Virus record (IMG/VR): IMGVR_UViG_3300032782_000006
Location: 1-64,000 of that record
Strand: one strand, 5' to 3'
Source: a virus
Length of the DNA: 64,000 nt
Shown here: positions 29,410 through 38,956 of the stretch, piece after piece
Position numbering within the stretch: the first letter of the stretch is position 1
Layout of the letters: the number at the start of each line of letters is the position of its first letter
Notes under the pieces: model-generated
The model's input: the letters and a program-made list of their open reading frames with translations, nothing else
What the model was told of the DNA's origin: nothing
Databases searched by the model: none
Made by a program: the position numbers and the translations under genes

Positions 29410-30399
29410 TTAAATTCCTGTACCATAAATCAGGTTATACGGTTTCTTTACAATCGTTACGCTTTCCATCCAGAAACACTGAACAATGTCAAGCGATTCT
29501 TCTTCCTGATACCAGCGATAATGAAATCCAAAGTTGTCAGTGACAGCTGGAACCATACCGCCATCAGGTCCGCGAGTCCAATAATTTATTGTAAATGTAG
29601 AATATTCAGGATCTAGACGATAGTGATACTCAACTCCAGGATGGTTCCGGTCCATTCCAATAATATCTCCCTGGTTTAACCCAGAGTCTATTGTGGGGAC
29701 TTTGTGAACGTCTCCTACTATTGGAATTGTCATGATATCGTCGTGAATTGTAGGCTGGCCTAACATTGCCTGTTTAGCAGCGTCTACGTGGACATCTTTG
29801 AGATAGTTCTGTAAGTTATACCAATCCGGTTTGAGAACCCACGCATCGGTCAAAGTACCTTCGTATCCATCCACGTCCATATCGTGAGCGAGCGCCATCA
29901 AATCTCTAATTGGATCTGCTGTACCGCCGGTGTTAGCCCATGTTTCATTTGGACTGAAATATGTTCCTGCCTGGTTAGCTCCATTTTTGATAGCAGTACA
30001 CATATCTTTGTTAGCCATATAAGCAAAAGCGTAAGCGGCGTACTCATAATTTTCCTGAATTTCAGTTTGTGCCAAGGGGACTGACTTTAAAAGTTCTTTT
30101 GGAATTCTTAAAGAAAATCCTTTCTCAGTGAGCACGGCTGAGTTCAGGGTTCTCCTGGTTCTGTCGAGCTCAGGCAGTCTGGTACCTGCCACACGCTGAG
30201 TCGGCAATTTTCGCTTTGGATCAGTAGCTTTGTTGTAAACATCTTTCAGGTAGGTGAATGCATCGCTATTCTCTTGAATCCTTGAGCAAAACCTGCCAAA
30301 TGAGGGGTTAAGCCAAGGTAATTGAGTATCAAGTATTTCATACGTTTGTTCAAGCGCGACCTCTATACGAAGCAGCGCGTCTATTGGTGCTGAGACCAT
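29410..30399 (-). CDS. Major capsid protein (HK97 fold expected)
   Basis: 329 aa after the scaffold and decoration genes, W..TGGTADPIRDL motif, C-terminal IVKKPYNLIYGTGI, strong RBS. Confidence 0.8.
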   Translation of the reverse strand: MVSAPIDALLRIEVALEQTYEILDTQLPWLNPSFGRFCSRIQENSDAFTYLKDVYNKATDPKRKLPTQRVAGTRLPELDRTRRTLNSAVLTEKGFSLRIPKELLKSVPLAQTEIQENYEYAAYAFAYMANKDMCTAIKNGANQAGTYFSPNETWANTGGTADPIRDLMALAHDMDVDGYEGTLTDAWVLKPDWYNLQNYLKDVHVDAAKQAMLGQPTIHDDIMTIPIVGDVHKVPTIDSGLNQGDIIGMDRNHPGVEYHYRLDPEYSTFTINYWTRGPDGGMVPAVTDNFGFHYRWYQEEESLDIVQCFWMESVTIVKKPYNLIYGTGI

Positions 30400-30417
30400 T
30401 GTTTTTCAACTCCGTTT

Positions 30418-31080
30418 TTAAGCCTGCGCTATCGTAGGGCCGGTGTAAACAACCATACATGTGTAAATATCGCCAGCTGTGCCAGCAGGGATATAGTGTA
30501 AAGGAATGACATTTGATGAACCTTGAAGGGCTCCGCCTGGGCTGGATAATGCAATTACAGCATAGACAGGTTCACCATACTGAGCAGTGAGACTGATATC
30601 AAGAATTAGGTATCCAACTTGTCCAGGTTTGACTTCTGTAGCGCCATCGCAAGAAACTTTGATAGCTTCGAATTTGATACCGAAGTTAAATTCAACTCCA
30701 GCACAACGTAAGAACCCACCTGCAATTCTTTTTGCAAGAGTGTCAGCGGCAGCAGTTGTTGCTGGCCTACATTGACCTTCTTGCTCAAAGGTTGTAACAC
30801 GACCAACGATGTTTGCAGCATCGCCATTAGAAGCAGTAGGAGCAGTGACTACGACGAGACCTTTACAGTCATCATATTTACAATCAGAAGTTGCTTTCAA
30901 TGCAACTGGCATCCCTTCAGTAATCTCTGCAGCTCTAGCCAACGAGATCCTGCGTCTTCCAGTTTCATCTTTAGCCCAACCAACAGTGATTGCGCCTTCA
31001 TCCAACAAGCAAGAATATCTGTTATCAAGAGCAGTGTAATACCCTGCATATTTTGAAGAATAGTCTACCGGAGTTACCAT
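30418..31080 (-). CDS. Capsid decoration / cement protein
   Basis: Lies between the scaffold and MCP genes and is beta-rich. Confidence 0.55.
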   Translation of the reverse strand: MVTPVDYSSKYAGYYTALDNRYSCLLDEGAITVGWAKDETGRRRISLARAAEITEGMPVALKATSDCKYDDCKGLVVVTAPTASNGDAANIVGRVTTFEQEGQCRPATTAAADTLAKRIAGGFLRCAGVEFNFGIKFEAIKVSCDGATEVKPGQVGYLILDISLTAQYGEPVYAVIALSSPGGALQGSSNVIPLHYIPAGTAGDIYTCMVVYTGPTIAQA

Positions 31081-32100
31081 TTAAGCTACCCCCGATTTGT
31101 CGATTCTCACACGAGTCCCACGGAGTATTGTTTTTGCAGCCTCAATTTCAGCTCGAGGGTCACCCTCTTGGTTTGCAACATATGTGCTACCCTGAACTTT
31201 GGTTTCTACAACTGGTGGAATACGTCCCCATTCCTGGTTCATCTCCAAAGTCAGACTCAAGGATTTGTCAGGATCATTGAGATCGTCAAACCTAGACTCA
31301 AACTTCTTCCGAATTCCTTCAGGGTATGAATTAAAAATCGCCTGGTTAAGCTCCAGTTTTTTAGCTTTTTCAATCTCGTCAAGCTGGTTGTTGAGTTTTT
31401 CAATAGCTGACGTCTGGTTAACAATAAGCTCCTGCTGTTCAGCTATTATCTTCTTAGAATTATCTAATTCCTGATTCAGAGTCAGGATTACCTTCTCTTT
31501 TTCTACCAAAGCATCCTGATTTGTTTTGAGGAGAGCATTGGCATACTCTAAAGAAGTTGGTTCTGTGGTACTAATCTCAGTGGTTGACATAATAGTCTCC
31601 GTCGAGTCTTGATTGATAATTAACGCCGCTTGCTCTCCCTGTGGGATGTTGGAATCTCTTGGGTAGATAAGCAAGTGATCAAAGTCAAAAGAAGAAATGT
31701 GTGGAGTTGTGGGATCACGCCAATATGCATCTGAAATAAAAACTTTACCTTGTTTGATCAGGTCTTCAATTTCAGGATCGGTGATATTGATTTTAGCTCG
31801 AAGTTTAGGTCGCCCTATACTATCGATCCATGCATCACCCATCGTTCCCACTGATTTGATTTCCTGACTAAAAATGGATTCAGGATCTTTGCCTTTAAAA
31901 CCACCATCAGGATGCGTGATAGAAAATGGAATAGGTTTGCCTGGAATAGTTGACAGTCCTGCCTCTATCCCTGGGATATCATCGTCGTCCAAAACTTGAA
32001 GAACTACCTCATGTTCTGAAACAAACTCGCCAGTGTTTTGAATAAGTACTTCGCTCACGTTTTTGGATCCAATGTAACGTTTTTTAGAATAGCGATTCAT
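31081..32100 (-). CDS. Prohead protease-scaffold fusion
   Basis: PFSITHP, VG..LRAKINI, IKQGKVFIS and DHLLI protease-like N-domain, with a coiled-coil C-terminal half. Confidence 0.7.
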   Translation of the reverse strand: MNRYSKKRYIGSKNVSEVLIQNTGEFVSEHEVVLQVLDDDDIPGIEAGLSTIPGKPIPFSITHPDGGFKGKDPESIFSQEIKSVGTMGDAWIDSIGRPKLRAKINITDPEIEDLIKQGKVFISDAYWRDPTTPHISSFDFDHLLIYPRDSNIPQGEQAALIINQDSTETIMSTTEISTTEPTSLEYANALLKTNQDALVEKEKVILTLNQELDNSKKIIAEQQELIVNQTSAIEKLNNQLDEIEKAKKLELNQAIFNSYPEGIRKKFESRFDDLNDPDKSLSLTLEMNQEWGRIPPVVETKVQGSTYVANQEGDPRAEIEAAKTILRGTRVRIDKSGVA

Positions 32101-32413
32101 CTAAACAATTTTTGATAAGAAATGGTTTGCGCTTCTATATAAATATATAGGGTAAGTTCCTCAGAATTTTGAGGTGTACCAGCAAGAAAAGAGTGTCTTC
32201 TGTATCCAATCAACAATATAAAAAAGAGCAATTTTACAGAAAAAAAATTTAGGTGACTAAAAGGTAGGGGGTTTAAAATGAGATTGATACCCCCAGGGGA
32301 TATTAAAAAAGGATAGCCCTAAGGGTTTGATATTCAACTATTAAGGAGGGGGAATACCCGTAGGATATTGCTGACAATCAATATCCTATGGTATTACACA
32401 CAAACTTTTTTAT

Positions 32414-32520
32414 TGGAGAACAACCTATTTCCGCAAGGTTACGCAGGCCAGAGCGCGGGCCGACTCAACTTTGGATAATGTAGAGGTACCACGCCCTACA
32501 ATATCCATAATACTCTCCAA
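32414..32520 (-). ncRNA. Candidate multi-branch structured RNA
   Basis: A TTGGAGA/TCTCCAA closing stem encloses three hairpins. Confidence 0.4.
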
Positions 32521-32569
32521 ACCGTTCACAATTTCTTTTCTCAAATTCCCATTATATGCTTATACTTGC

Positions 32570-32620
32570 TATAAGCAATAAGTAATACTCTTTTATAGTA
32601 TATATACCTTATTGCTTATA
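32570..32620. promoter_or_regulatory. 13-bp inverted repeat flanking a TATA tract (putative operator)
   Basis: TATAAGCAATAAG at 32570-32582 and CTTATTGCTTATA at 32608-32620, upstream of an HTH gene. Confidence 0.6.
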
Positions 32621-32661
32621 CTCGATATAAGATTTATATATCATGAAGTAAGGTATATAGT

Positions 32662-32937
32662 ATGGAAAATGTGCCAGAGAAGAGGGTTAGGCAACGAACA
32701 GAAGATCGATCTAGATTCATAAAAGTGGATATCGATGATGAGATTATAGCTTCTTTAAAAAAATGTCAAAAGAACGCAGCTTGTACTGCTTTAGAAGTAT
32801 CAAAAGAATATGGATGCTCTCAATCTCATGCTAAAAGTACCCTACTCCGGTTAGCAAAAGAAGGGAGGATTCTAGGAATTAAAAAAGGGCAAGCTCATGC
32901 GTTTAAGCCGTTGCCAGAAGAAGACGGAGATTCTTAG
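32662..32937 (+). CDS. Winged-HTH DNA-binding protein
   Basis: TALEVSKEYGCSQSHAKSTLLRLAKEGRI. Confidence 0.75.
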   Translation: MENVPEKRVRQRTEDRSRFIKVDIDDEIIASLKKCQKNAACTALEVSKEYGCSQSHAKSTLLRLAKEGRILGIKKGQAHAFKPLPEEDGDS

Positions 32938-33260
32938 AACAAAACCAAATAATTGTAAAATAGAAATACAAGGATATCAGATTGTCCTGAATATTTAAAT
33001 AGTTCTTTGGGCTATTGGTGAGAGAGTCGGTGCAATAAACGACTTTACTCTATCAAAAAATGATATCCAATCCCAGGTTTAGTGAATTTGTAGTAGGGGG
33101 ATCTTTCTGGAGTTAGTTATGACTATTTGTTATACTTATTTGGTAATAAGCATAGTAGCGTTTACAGGGTTGTTTATCCTCGCGTTCTCAATGATTAAAA
33201 AAATAGATTTGCAAATACAAAAATTGGAAGAAAAAATAAAGTGAAGTGAAACTGGATAGT

Positions 33261-33428
33261 TCACTTCCGTACAAATCCTAACAGTTTTGCAACCGGGGAA
33301 GGGGTAATTAATCCTATTATTGCAGTAATAATAGGGAGGTAGGATGTATTATTTTGGACAGCTAAAAGAATAGCTACTGCGCCTACTATAACAATTACAG
33401 TAAGTTGAATTATAGTCTCATCTTGCAT
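33261..33428 (-). CDS. Small two-TM membrane protein, holin-like
   Basis: Two hydrophobic stretches and a basic C-terminus. ATG 33428 follows a GGA RBS. Confidence 0.5.
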   Translation of the reverse strand: MQDETIIQLTVIVIVGAVAILLAVQNNTSYLPIITAIIGLITPSPVAKLLGFVRK

Positions 33429-33430
33429 AA

Positions 33431-33682
33431 TTATTCCTTCTTTAAACAATCTATAGCCTTAGCAAATTTTTCTTCAAAATCTCTATGGCAAAGATATAAA
33501 TCAAATGTGCCTTCTTTTACACGTTTTTTAGAATCTTTTGTATTTTTTAGTAAGGTATCTGCGGATTCTCGATGGTACCTATACCTATTTTCAAGAAATC
33601 CTAATGGTTCGGAATGTCGTAACTTGAACGCAGTAATAACTGATTCAGTTATGGAGATAGGATCTTCCGTTTTTTCCATAAT
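33431..33682 (-). CDS. Hypothetical protein
   Basis: ORF with GGTGA RBS within the putative lysis cassette. Confidence 0.55.
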   Translation of the reverse strand: MMEKTEDPISITESVITAFKLRHSEPLGFLENRYRYHRESADTLLKNTKDSKKRVKEGTFDLYLCHRDFEEKFAKAIDCLKKE

Positions 33683-33694
33683 GGTCACCCATAT

Positions 33695-35011
33695 TTATTC
33701 ACGATTATCCTCCAATTCGTCATTACCTATAGTATCCTGAGTACAACTTTCAAACATTGCTGAAAACTTTTTGATGATATCACAATAAGTCAGAGTTCCA
33801 TATCTTCCTAATTCATAAGATGAAAATTTTGCAGGAGAATCAGGTAATAAATGGTAATCTCCATTCCCAACATATTGAGGATTTGCAAAAATAGCAGAGG
33901 AATCATGAATAGTATCTGGATTATTGAGATGATTGTTATAAAAACAGTTTTCAGAGCATGTGAGTTCATATCGAGTACTAATAAGATTAACTATTCCTGC
34001 ACCGGAATAATGGCCTTTTGAATTCCCTTCTTTAGTATTAGAGATAATGTTTCTTTGAATTGAAGCTGATAATTTGGATAATGTAGAAGACTTAAGGTAT
34101 TCTCCAAAAAGAATACCATACCCTTTACAACTATCGATTGTGTTGTTAAGGATATCTACTGCGGTGAACCCATCACAAACAATCCCTCCAACTCCAGCAA
34201 TACCATTACTAGCCGGCATTATCCCACAGTTTGTGATCAAGTTGTTTTTGATCGAAACGTTTTTAGCGCAAGTGGTTTCTCCACCACCGATTAACCAGAT
34301 TCCAGGACCAAACACGTTTTGAAGAGTGTTTCCGTAAATCTGGATGTTAGAAGTATAAGCACCAGGATCAATGTTTTCTAGCTGGATGGCGGGGGCGTAT
34401 GCAAAATTTGTGCCAATGCATACATTACTAAAAATAGACACGTTGCTAGAATTCCGAACACGAATGGCATTATTGGATCGCATTTGGATATGGTTGTCAA
34501 ATATAGATACATAGTTACAATTGCGCAAATGAATCCAATCGTGACCACCCATAGCACCCGTGCATTCTGAAAATTCGAGATTATACGAATTGAGAAATCG
34601 GAAATAGTCCCCTTCATTATATCCACCTGCTAAGTCGTGGAATTTTGATTTTGAACAATTGGTTAACCCTATAAAATTATGAAACCCTTTCCCATGGTCC
34701 TCAGGAGTTAGGTTTTGATTATTGTAATTCCCGTCAAAGTGGATTCCGCTAATATCCAAATTAGAAATTGTTCTATCTTTTTGTCCAAGAATAGGGATCT
34801 GGATCCCGAATATTGATGGTGGTGCATCGTCCATCAGCGTCCATGTAACGTCTGCATCACATGATATTTTAGTTCCAGAATTGAGTTTGAGTAAAGAATT
34901 GATTAAGTAAGTACCCGAAGTACAATGTAACTCAGAATATTTACAATCAGTGCCAACCTGATCTAGAGATTTCTGAAGTTGATGGTTAGGTTTTATATTT
35001 AAAATAGCCGT
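33695..35011 (-). CDS. Disaggregatase-related right-handed beta-helix protein (start probably upstream of ATG 34834)
   Basis: DGN..HGKGFHN, GHD, RSNNAIRVRNS, GPGIWLIG, VGGIVCDGF, ENCFYNN and DYHL motifs resemble Methanosarcina disaggregatase-related proteins. The frame is open and family-like for 59 more codons upstream. Confidence 0.75.
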   Translation of the reverse strand, partial: TAILNIKPNHQLQKSLDQVGTDCKYSELHCTSGTYLINSLLKLNSGTKISCDADVTWTLMDDAPPSIFGIQIPILGQKDRTISNLDISGIHFDGNYNNQNLTPEDHGKGFHNFIGLTNCSKSKFHDLAGGYNEGDYFRFLNSYNLEFSECTGAMGGHDWIHLRNCNYVSIFDNHIQMRSNNAIRVRNSSNVSIFSNVCIGTNFAYAPAIQLENIDPGAYTSNIQIYGNTLQNVFGPGIWLIGGGETTCAKNVSIKNNLITNCGIMPASNGIAGVGGIVCDGFTAVDILNNTIDSCKGYGILFGEYLKSSTLSKLSASIQRNIISNTKEGNSKGHYSGAGIVNLISTRYELTCSENCFYNNHLNNPDTIHDSSAIFANPQYVGNGDYHLLPDSPAKFSSYELGRYGTLTYCDIIKKFSAMFESCTQDTIGNDELEDNRE

Positions 35012-35086
35012 TTTGGAAATCCCCCATAAAAAAAAGGATATTAGTATGTGGGTAAGGACAGTATAAATATCTTTAGATTACTCTAA

Positions 35087-35539
35087 TTATAATTTGCAGC
35101 AGTTGCATGTCTTAAGCGAGCATTCGCAAGAGCATTCGATGTGTTTTGGTTTTGGAGTAGGTTTGTATTCTCCAGATTCTATACAGTATTTTGCTCCAGG
35201 ACTATACGGAAGTCTAGGAGTAGTATCCGCTAGTTTGTGATGGATTGGTGAATCCTTATTGGTTGTCACTGTCACGCTAATGGTCTGGCCCGCTACAACC
35301 GTGACACTAAGGTTTCCCACTACGTTTCCGTTGTAAACTACATTAATAGTGCAGGGTCCAGCTTTTATTGTAGCTGAAAATGAGCCGTCGTTTGATTGAG
35401 TATCATATACAATATTGTTGTCAGGGTCCATAATTTGTATCTCGCTGTTTGTGAGTGCCGTCATTCCATCGGCAAATAAAGCTGAGCCAGTAATCGTTCC
35501 ATTCACAGCGGGCAATGGCACATCCCAAGGAAGCACCAT
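35087..35539 (-). CDS. Carboxypeptidase-regulatory-like beta-sandwich protein with Cys-rich tail
   Basis: GTITG..DGSFSATIKAGPCTINV..VTVVAGQT, C-terminal CSCECSLKTCNCC. Confidence 0.6.
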   Translation of the reverse strand: MVLPWDVPLPAVNGTITGSALFADGMTALTNSEIQIMDPDNNIVYDTQSNDGSFSATIKAGPCTINVVYNGNVVGNLSVTVVAGQTISVTVTTNKDSPIHHKLADTTPRLPYSPGAKYCIESGEYKPTPKPKHIECSCECSLKTCNCCKL

Positions 35540-35976
35540 TAAACCAGTGGAGGAATATGATCAGGATCGTCTTCAACTTCGATTATTTCTTCATAAGGAG
35601 TGTACGTTATCGGAGATTTTACTGAGATCCCATTTTCGTTAACTTCTTCATAGAGTAACATAAGTGACTCTTCGTCTATCACAAAACAGCGCTTTGTTGA
35701 ATCTTCCATAATCCAATTATTTGGAAGGAGAACGTGATGTTGACCATTAGATAATTTATAAGGCATCTCCACCGATACATCATCTTTAGACAATTGATTT
35801 AGCCAGAACCTGGTTTTATCTTCAGGAGAGTGAAACATAGTTAAGAACCCGTCTTCCATTCCTGGTTTGTATCTACGGGCTAGGTAAACTTCTTTAAACC
35901 GTACTTTCATCTCGTCTACTTTGATGTCGTCGCTTGGAGGCCTAAATGGATTGAGTTTTTGAACTCTTATTTGCAT
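35539..35976 (-). CDS. Hypothetical protein
   Basis: ORF preceded by the conserved GGAGATTGTACCAC leader. Confidence 0.7.
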   Translation of the reverse strand: MQIRVQKLNPFRPPSDDIKVDEMKVRFKEVYLARRYKPGMEDGFLTMFHSPEDKTRFWLNQLSKDDVSVEMPYKLSNGQHHVLLPNNWIMEDSTKRCFVIDEESLMLLYEEVNENGISVKSPITYTPYEEIIEVEDDPDHIPPLV

Positions 35977-36030
35977 GTGGTACAATCTCCAATATTTATA
36001 AAAAAAATAAAAAGGATGGGGATCTAGACA

Positions 36031-36276
36031 CTATTTTTTATTGTGTCTAATTTTCCTATCATCTTTTGTCAGAGTTTTTGGTAATTCCTCCGCTAATAGA
36101 TTTTTCCGGGAACGATCCATATCTTTACTTAGAGTTCCCTTGGGATAGATCAATTTAGTTCCATCTTTTTTATTTGCATTTAATATATTTTTACGGGCTT
36201 GTTTGTCAACGTTTTGCGTGTTTTTGATATTTTGGCTGTCGATATCAGACCTACGGACTATGGTTCTCCGTCCGAT
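36031..36276 (-). CDS. Small basic protein, probable ATC start
   Basis: GGGGGTGA RBS 4 nt before ATC GGA CGG, K/R-rich. Confidence 0.45.
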   Translation of the reverse strand: MGRRTIVRRSDIDSQNIKNTQNVDKQARKNILNANKKDGTKLIYPKGTLSKDMDRSRKNLLAEELPKTLTKDDRKIRHNKK

Positions 36277-36326
36277 AGAGTCACCCCCTACGTGTGTTGT
36301 TACTGGAAATCTGGAAAATAATAATA

Positions 36327-36644
36327 TCAATTTCGAATCAATCTGTTGTCTTTCAAAACGCCATTATCGCGTTCTGCATGACGACCTTTTTTTAAAGGAC
36401 TAATTACTTCAGGAGATATCTCCATATATTCCCGTTTACCTTTCCCAATAGTTTTATGTCCACCATCAGGTTTTTTAGTCCGGTCATTCTGAACAAGTTG
36501 TTGATCTCGCTCAGGATTACGACTTCGGATCATTTGAAGATCTTCAGGACGTAACCTATTTTGTTCGATAATCTCGTTCCGTAACTGTTTTCCTCTATTT
36601 TTGTGCGCGTCATCTCGTTTCGTTTTATCAGGTCCGATTGTAAT
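36327..36644 (-). CDS. Small basic protein, possible ATT start
   Basis: GGAGGTG RBS, frame open upstream of ATG 36533, internal repeat DKTKRDDAHK / DRTKKPDGGHK. Confidence 0.4.
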   Translation of the reverse strand: MTIGPDKTKRDDAHKNRGKQLRNEIIEQNRLRPEDLQMIRSRNPERDQQLVQNDRTKKPDGGHKTIGKGKREYMEISPEVISPLKKGRHAERDNGVLKDNRLIRN

Positions 36645-36727
36645 CTTGAGTCCACCTCCATGTTATTTATACCAAGTTATTATGTTGTTCCTTATATAGG
36701 TTGTTCTTAACTCTCATCATTTTTGAA

Positions 36728-36931
36728 CTAGTGATAGATCAACCACGCTACCAACAAAACGATCAAGATTCCATATGCAATTAGACAATGAATCTGAAAT
36801 TTGGTATTATCTGGACATTCACAATTACAAGAACCACAAACAACAGATAGATTGTTCTTTTTAGAGGTATCGGCATTTGGAACCATAGACTCTAAATTTA
36901 ATGGAGATGGTTCTATAGGGTCGTTAACCAT
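36728..36931 (-). CDS. Small CxxC membrane-anchored protein
   Basis: CGSCNCECP followed by a C-terminal TM segment. Confidence 0.55.
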   Translation of the reverse strand: MVNDPIEPSPLNLESMVPNADTSKKNNLSVVCGSCNCECPDNTKFQIHCLIAYGILIVLLVAWLIYH

Positions 36932-37168
36932 AAAATGCACCTGAACAGTTATAAAAAAATTGAGTTGGATTTGATTTTAAATCCTGTAAATAAATTGTAG
37001 AGTAATATCCTATAAGTCCTTCCTCAAAATATGGTATAAAATCCATGCACATTTCAACACCCATTATTTGTAGATTATATGACGAATAATGCAAACTGCA
37101 ACTAAAATAAGGAACAGCATTGTGAATAATGCTGTATCCAAATATTCATCAGTCATTTGATGCCTTCC

Positions 37169-38590
37169 TTATTGGGTTTTATAATGCTGTTCTTCATTCG
37201 TAACTTCATCAGGAGTCATTGATTTCTGTCGAGTATATTCTGTAGGGTCTTGGGGTTTTTGAGTAGAATCGTCTTTGGGAAGTTCAGTACTAGATTGTTT
37301 TAGCCATTCCCATTCTGCTCTCATCTCTTCAAGTTCTTCGGGAGTTTTTGGAGGGAGTCCCAGCAACATTCTGTACTCGTTGATATCAATAACTTCGATT
37401 TCCGCTGCGCCTTGAGCGCGTAACTGATCAAGCACTCCGTTCTTGAATTTACGAGGTGGAAATTCTATAGAGATGGAATAGTCAAGGTATCCGTTGTATT
37501 CAAGTACTTTTTGAAGTAAGGGAGTGAACTGTTCGACGATGTGTCCTTGCATTCCGCTAATGAACGAATCCAATAACTCTGCCTTGGCTTCGTCCGAACC
37601 ACCCAGCAATGCTCCATCGGTAGCAATGAAATCTGCTGGGGAGAAATAACTGGAAAAGAAGTTGTTGATTCTAATGATTGTGTTAATCGCCATATCATTA
37701 ACAGTCGCCCCTACTTCTACTACTTTGAAATTTGAAGGAATTACAAAATTGTTATTTTTAGACCAGTTTGAAACTATACTTTTAGCAAGCTCGATATCCC
37801 CGGGTCTTGGATTTTCTACCTGGATGAAAATTGAAGGAGCCCCTACTCGATTTACAGATTGCATTTGAGCAGTCCAAGCAAACTCAGATCGTTGAAACCA
37901 AGGAACTAGATTAAAGAATAGAGGAAGGCCAACAACATCATAATCGTGACTAGGTGGTCTAAAGTGAGTAACAGATCCAAGTTCGAAGGGTTGTCCAAGA
38001 TAGTTTGTTTGATAATAGTGAATTGACATATCTTCCACACGGAATACAATCCCAGGAAGAAGAAGACCGAGAACGTCCTGTGGAGCATAAATCACCGAAA
38101 TATTTTTCCAAGGTACCGCCCGGAAAGAGGCTGCCGGTAAGTCCCTAATCATTTTTAGTTCCCAAAATCCGTCATCTGCTTGATCAATAACGTAATTGAT
38201 AACGTACGCATCAAAACAAAAACAGTCTAGGGCTCGATGCATCTGTTTATAAAGAGCAACTTCTTTAGTTTCACACATTTTTGTGAGACGTAAAGCAAGA
38301 TCTTCATCTTTGTTACCATCTTTATCTGTAACTTTGATCACAGGAGGTTTGGGAGGTAACACCAGATTGATCAATTTTAGTGCCAAACTTGTAGCTTCGG
38401 CGTTATTCCGAAGCTTCATCATTGTAACAATCGTAGTATCTTTATTTTCCCATTGGACAGACTGGTTTGGGAATATATAGACATATCCTTGTTCATAAGT
38501 AGGTGCAGCGGCCTTTTTTTTTCCCGATCCAGGAGGTCTACCTCGCCGCCTGGGGAGCATTTGTGCCATTGCATTAGTTTTATTGATCAT
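37169..38590 (-). CDS. Portal protein
   Basis: 473 aa, HFRPP..GLPL, IDINEYRMLLGLPP C-terminal portal motif, conserved leader. Confidence 0.85.
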   Translation of the reverse strand: MINKTNAMAQMLPRRRGRPPGSGKKKAAAPTYEQGYVYIFPNQSVQWENKDTTIVTMMKLRNNAEATSLALKLINLVLPPKPPVIKVTDKDGNKDEDLALRLTKMCETKEVALYKQMHRALDCFCFDAYVINYVIDQADDGFWELKMIRDLPAASFRAVPWKNISVIYAPQDVLGLLLPGIVFRVEDMSIHYYQTNYLGQPFELGSVTHFRPPSHDYDVVGLPLFFNLVPWFQRSEFAWTAQMQSVNRVGAPSIFIQVENPRPGDIELAKSIVSNWSKNNNFVIPSNFKVVEVGATVNDMAINTIIRINNFFSSYFSPADFIATDGALLGGSDEAKAELLDSFISGMQGHIVEQFTPLLQKVLEYNGYLDYSISIEFPPRKFKNGVLDQLRAQGAAEIEVIDINEYRMLLGLPPKTPEELEEMRAEWEWLKQSSTELPKDDSTQKPQDPTEYTRQKSMTPDEVTNEEQHYKTQ

Positions 38591-38956
38591 TTGTGGTACA
38601 ATCTCCGTTTTTTTACGTTGTAATAAGTGGTATTTACGGTTATTTAACCATATTTCAAAATCACTAAATAGAGGATTTATTTTGAATTTATTTGGGGATT
38701 TTCCGCATTTTTAGAGTTTTTTTAAGGATTTTCGGGCATTATTTGGCTATTTTTTGCCATTTTTAATCCATAATTTAATTAAAAGAAGGCATTATCAGGC
38801 GTCTTTTTCCATAAAATTGGATTATTTCCAGCATTTATTTAGATGAAACCTCTATATTTACCACTGTTTAAAGTTATGAAATCAGTTAAATCAAAGTTTA
38901 TATGAGGACAGATACACTCTATTTTATAGATTTACAGCAAGTAGGGGGAGTATTCC

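Noticed and set aside
19107-31474. Short ORFs overlapping the fibre, capsid and scaffold genes
   Set aside because: They are antisense or out-of-frame overlaps of well-supported long genes
34986-35027. Upstream ATG mini-ORF (MGDFQNGYFKYKT) frameshifting into the disaggregatase-like gene
   Set aside because: It would need a +1 shift and has no RBS, while the GGGGG tract fits better as the RBS for a near-cognate start. A single-base sequencing error is not excluded.
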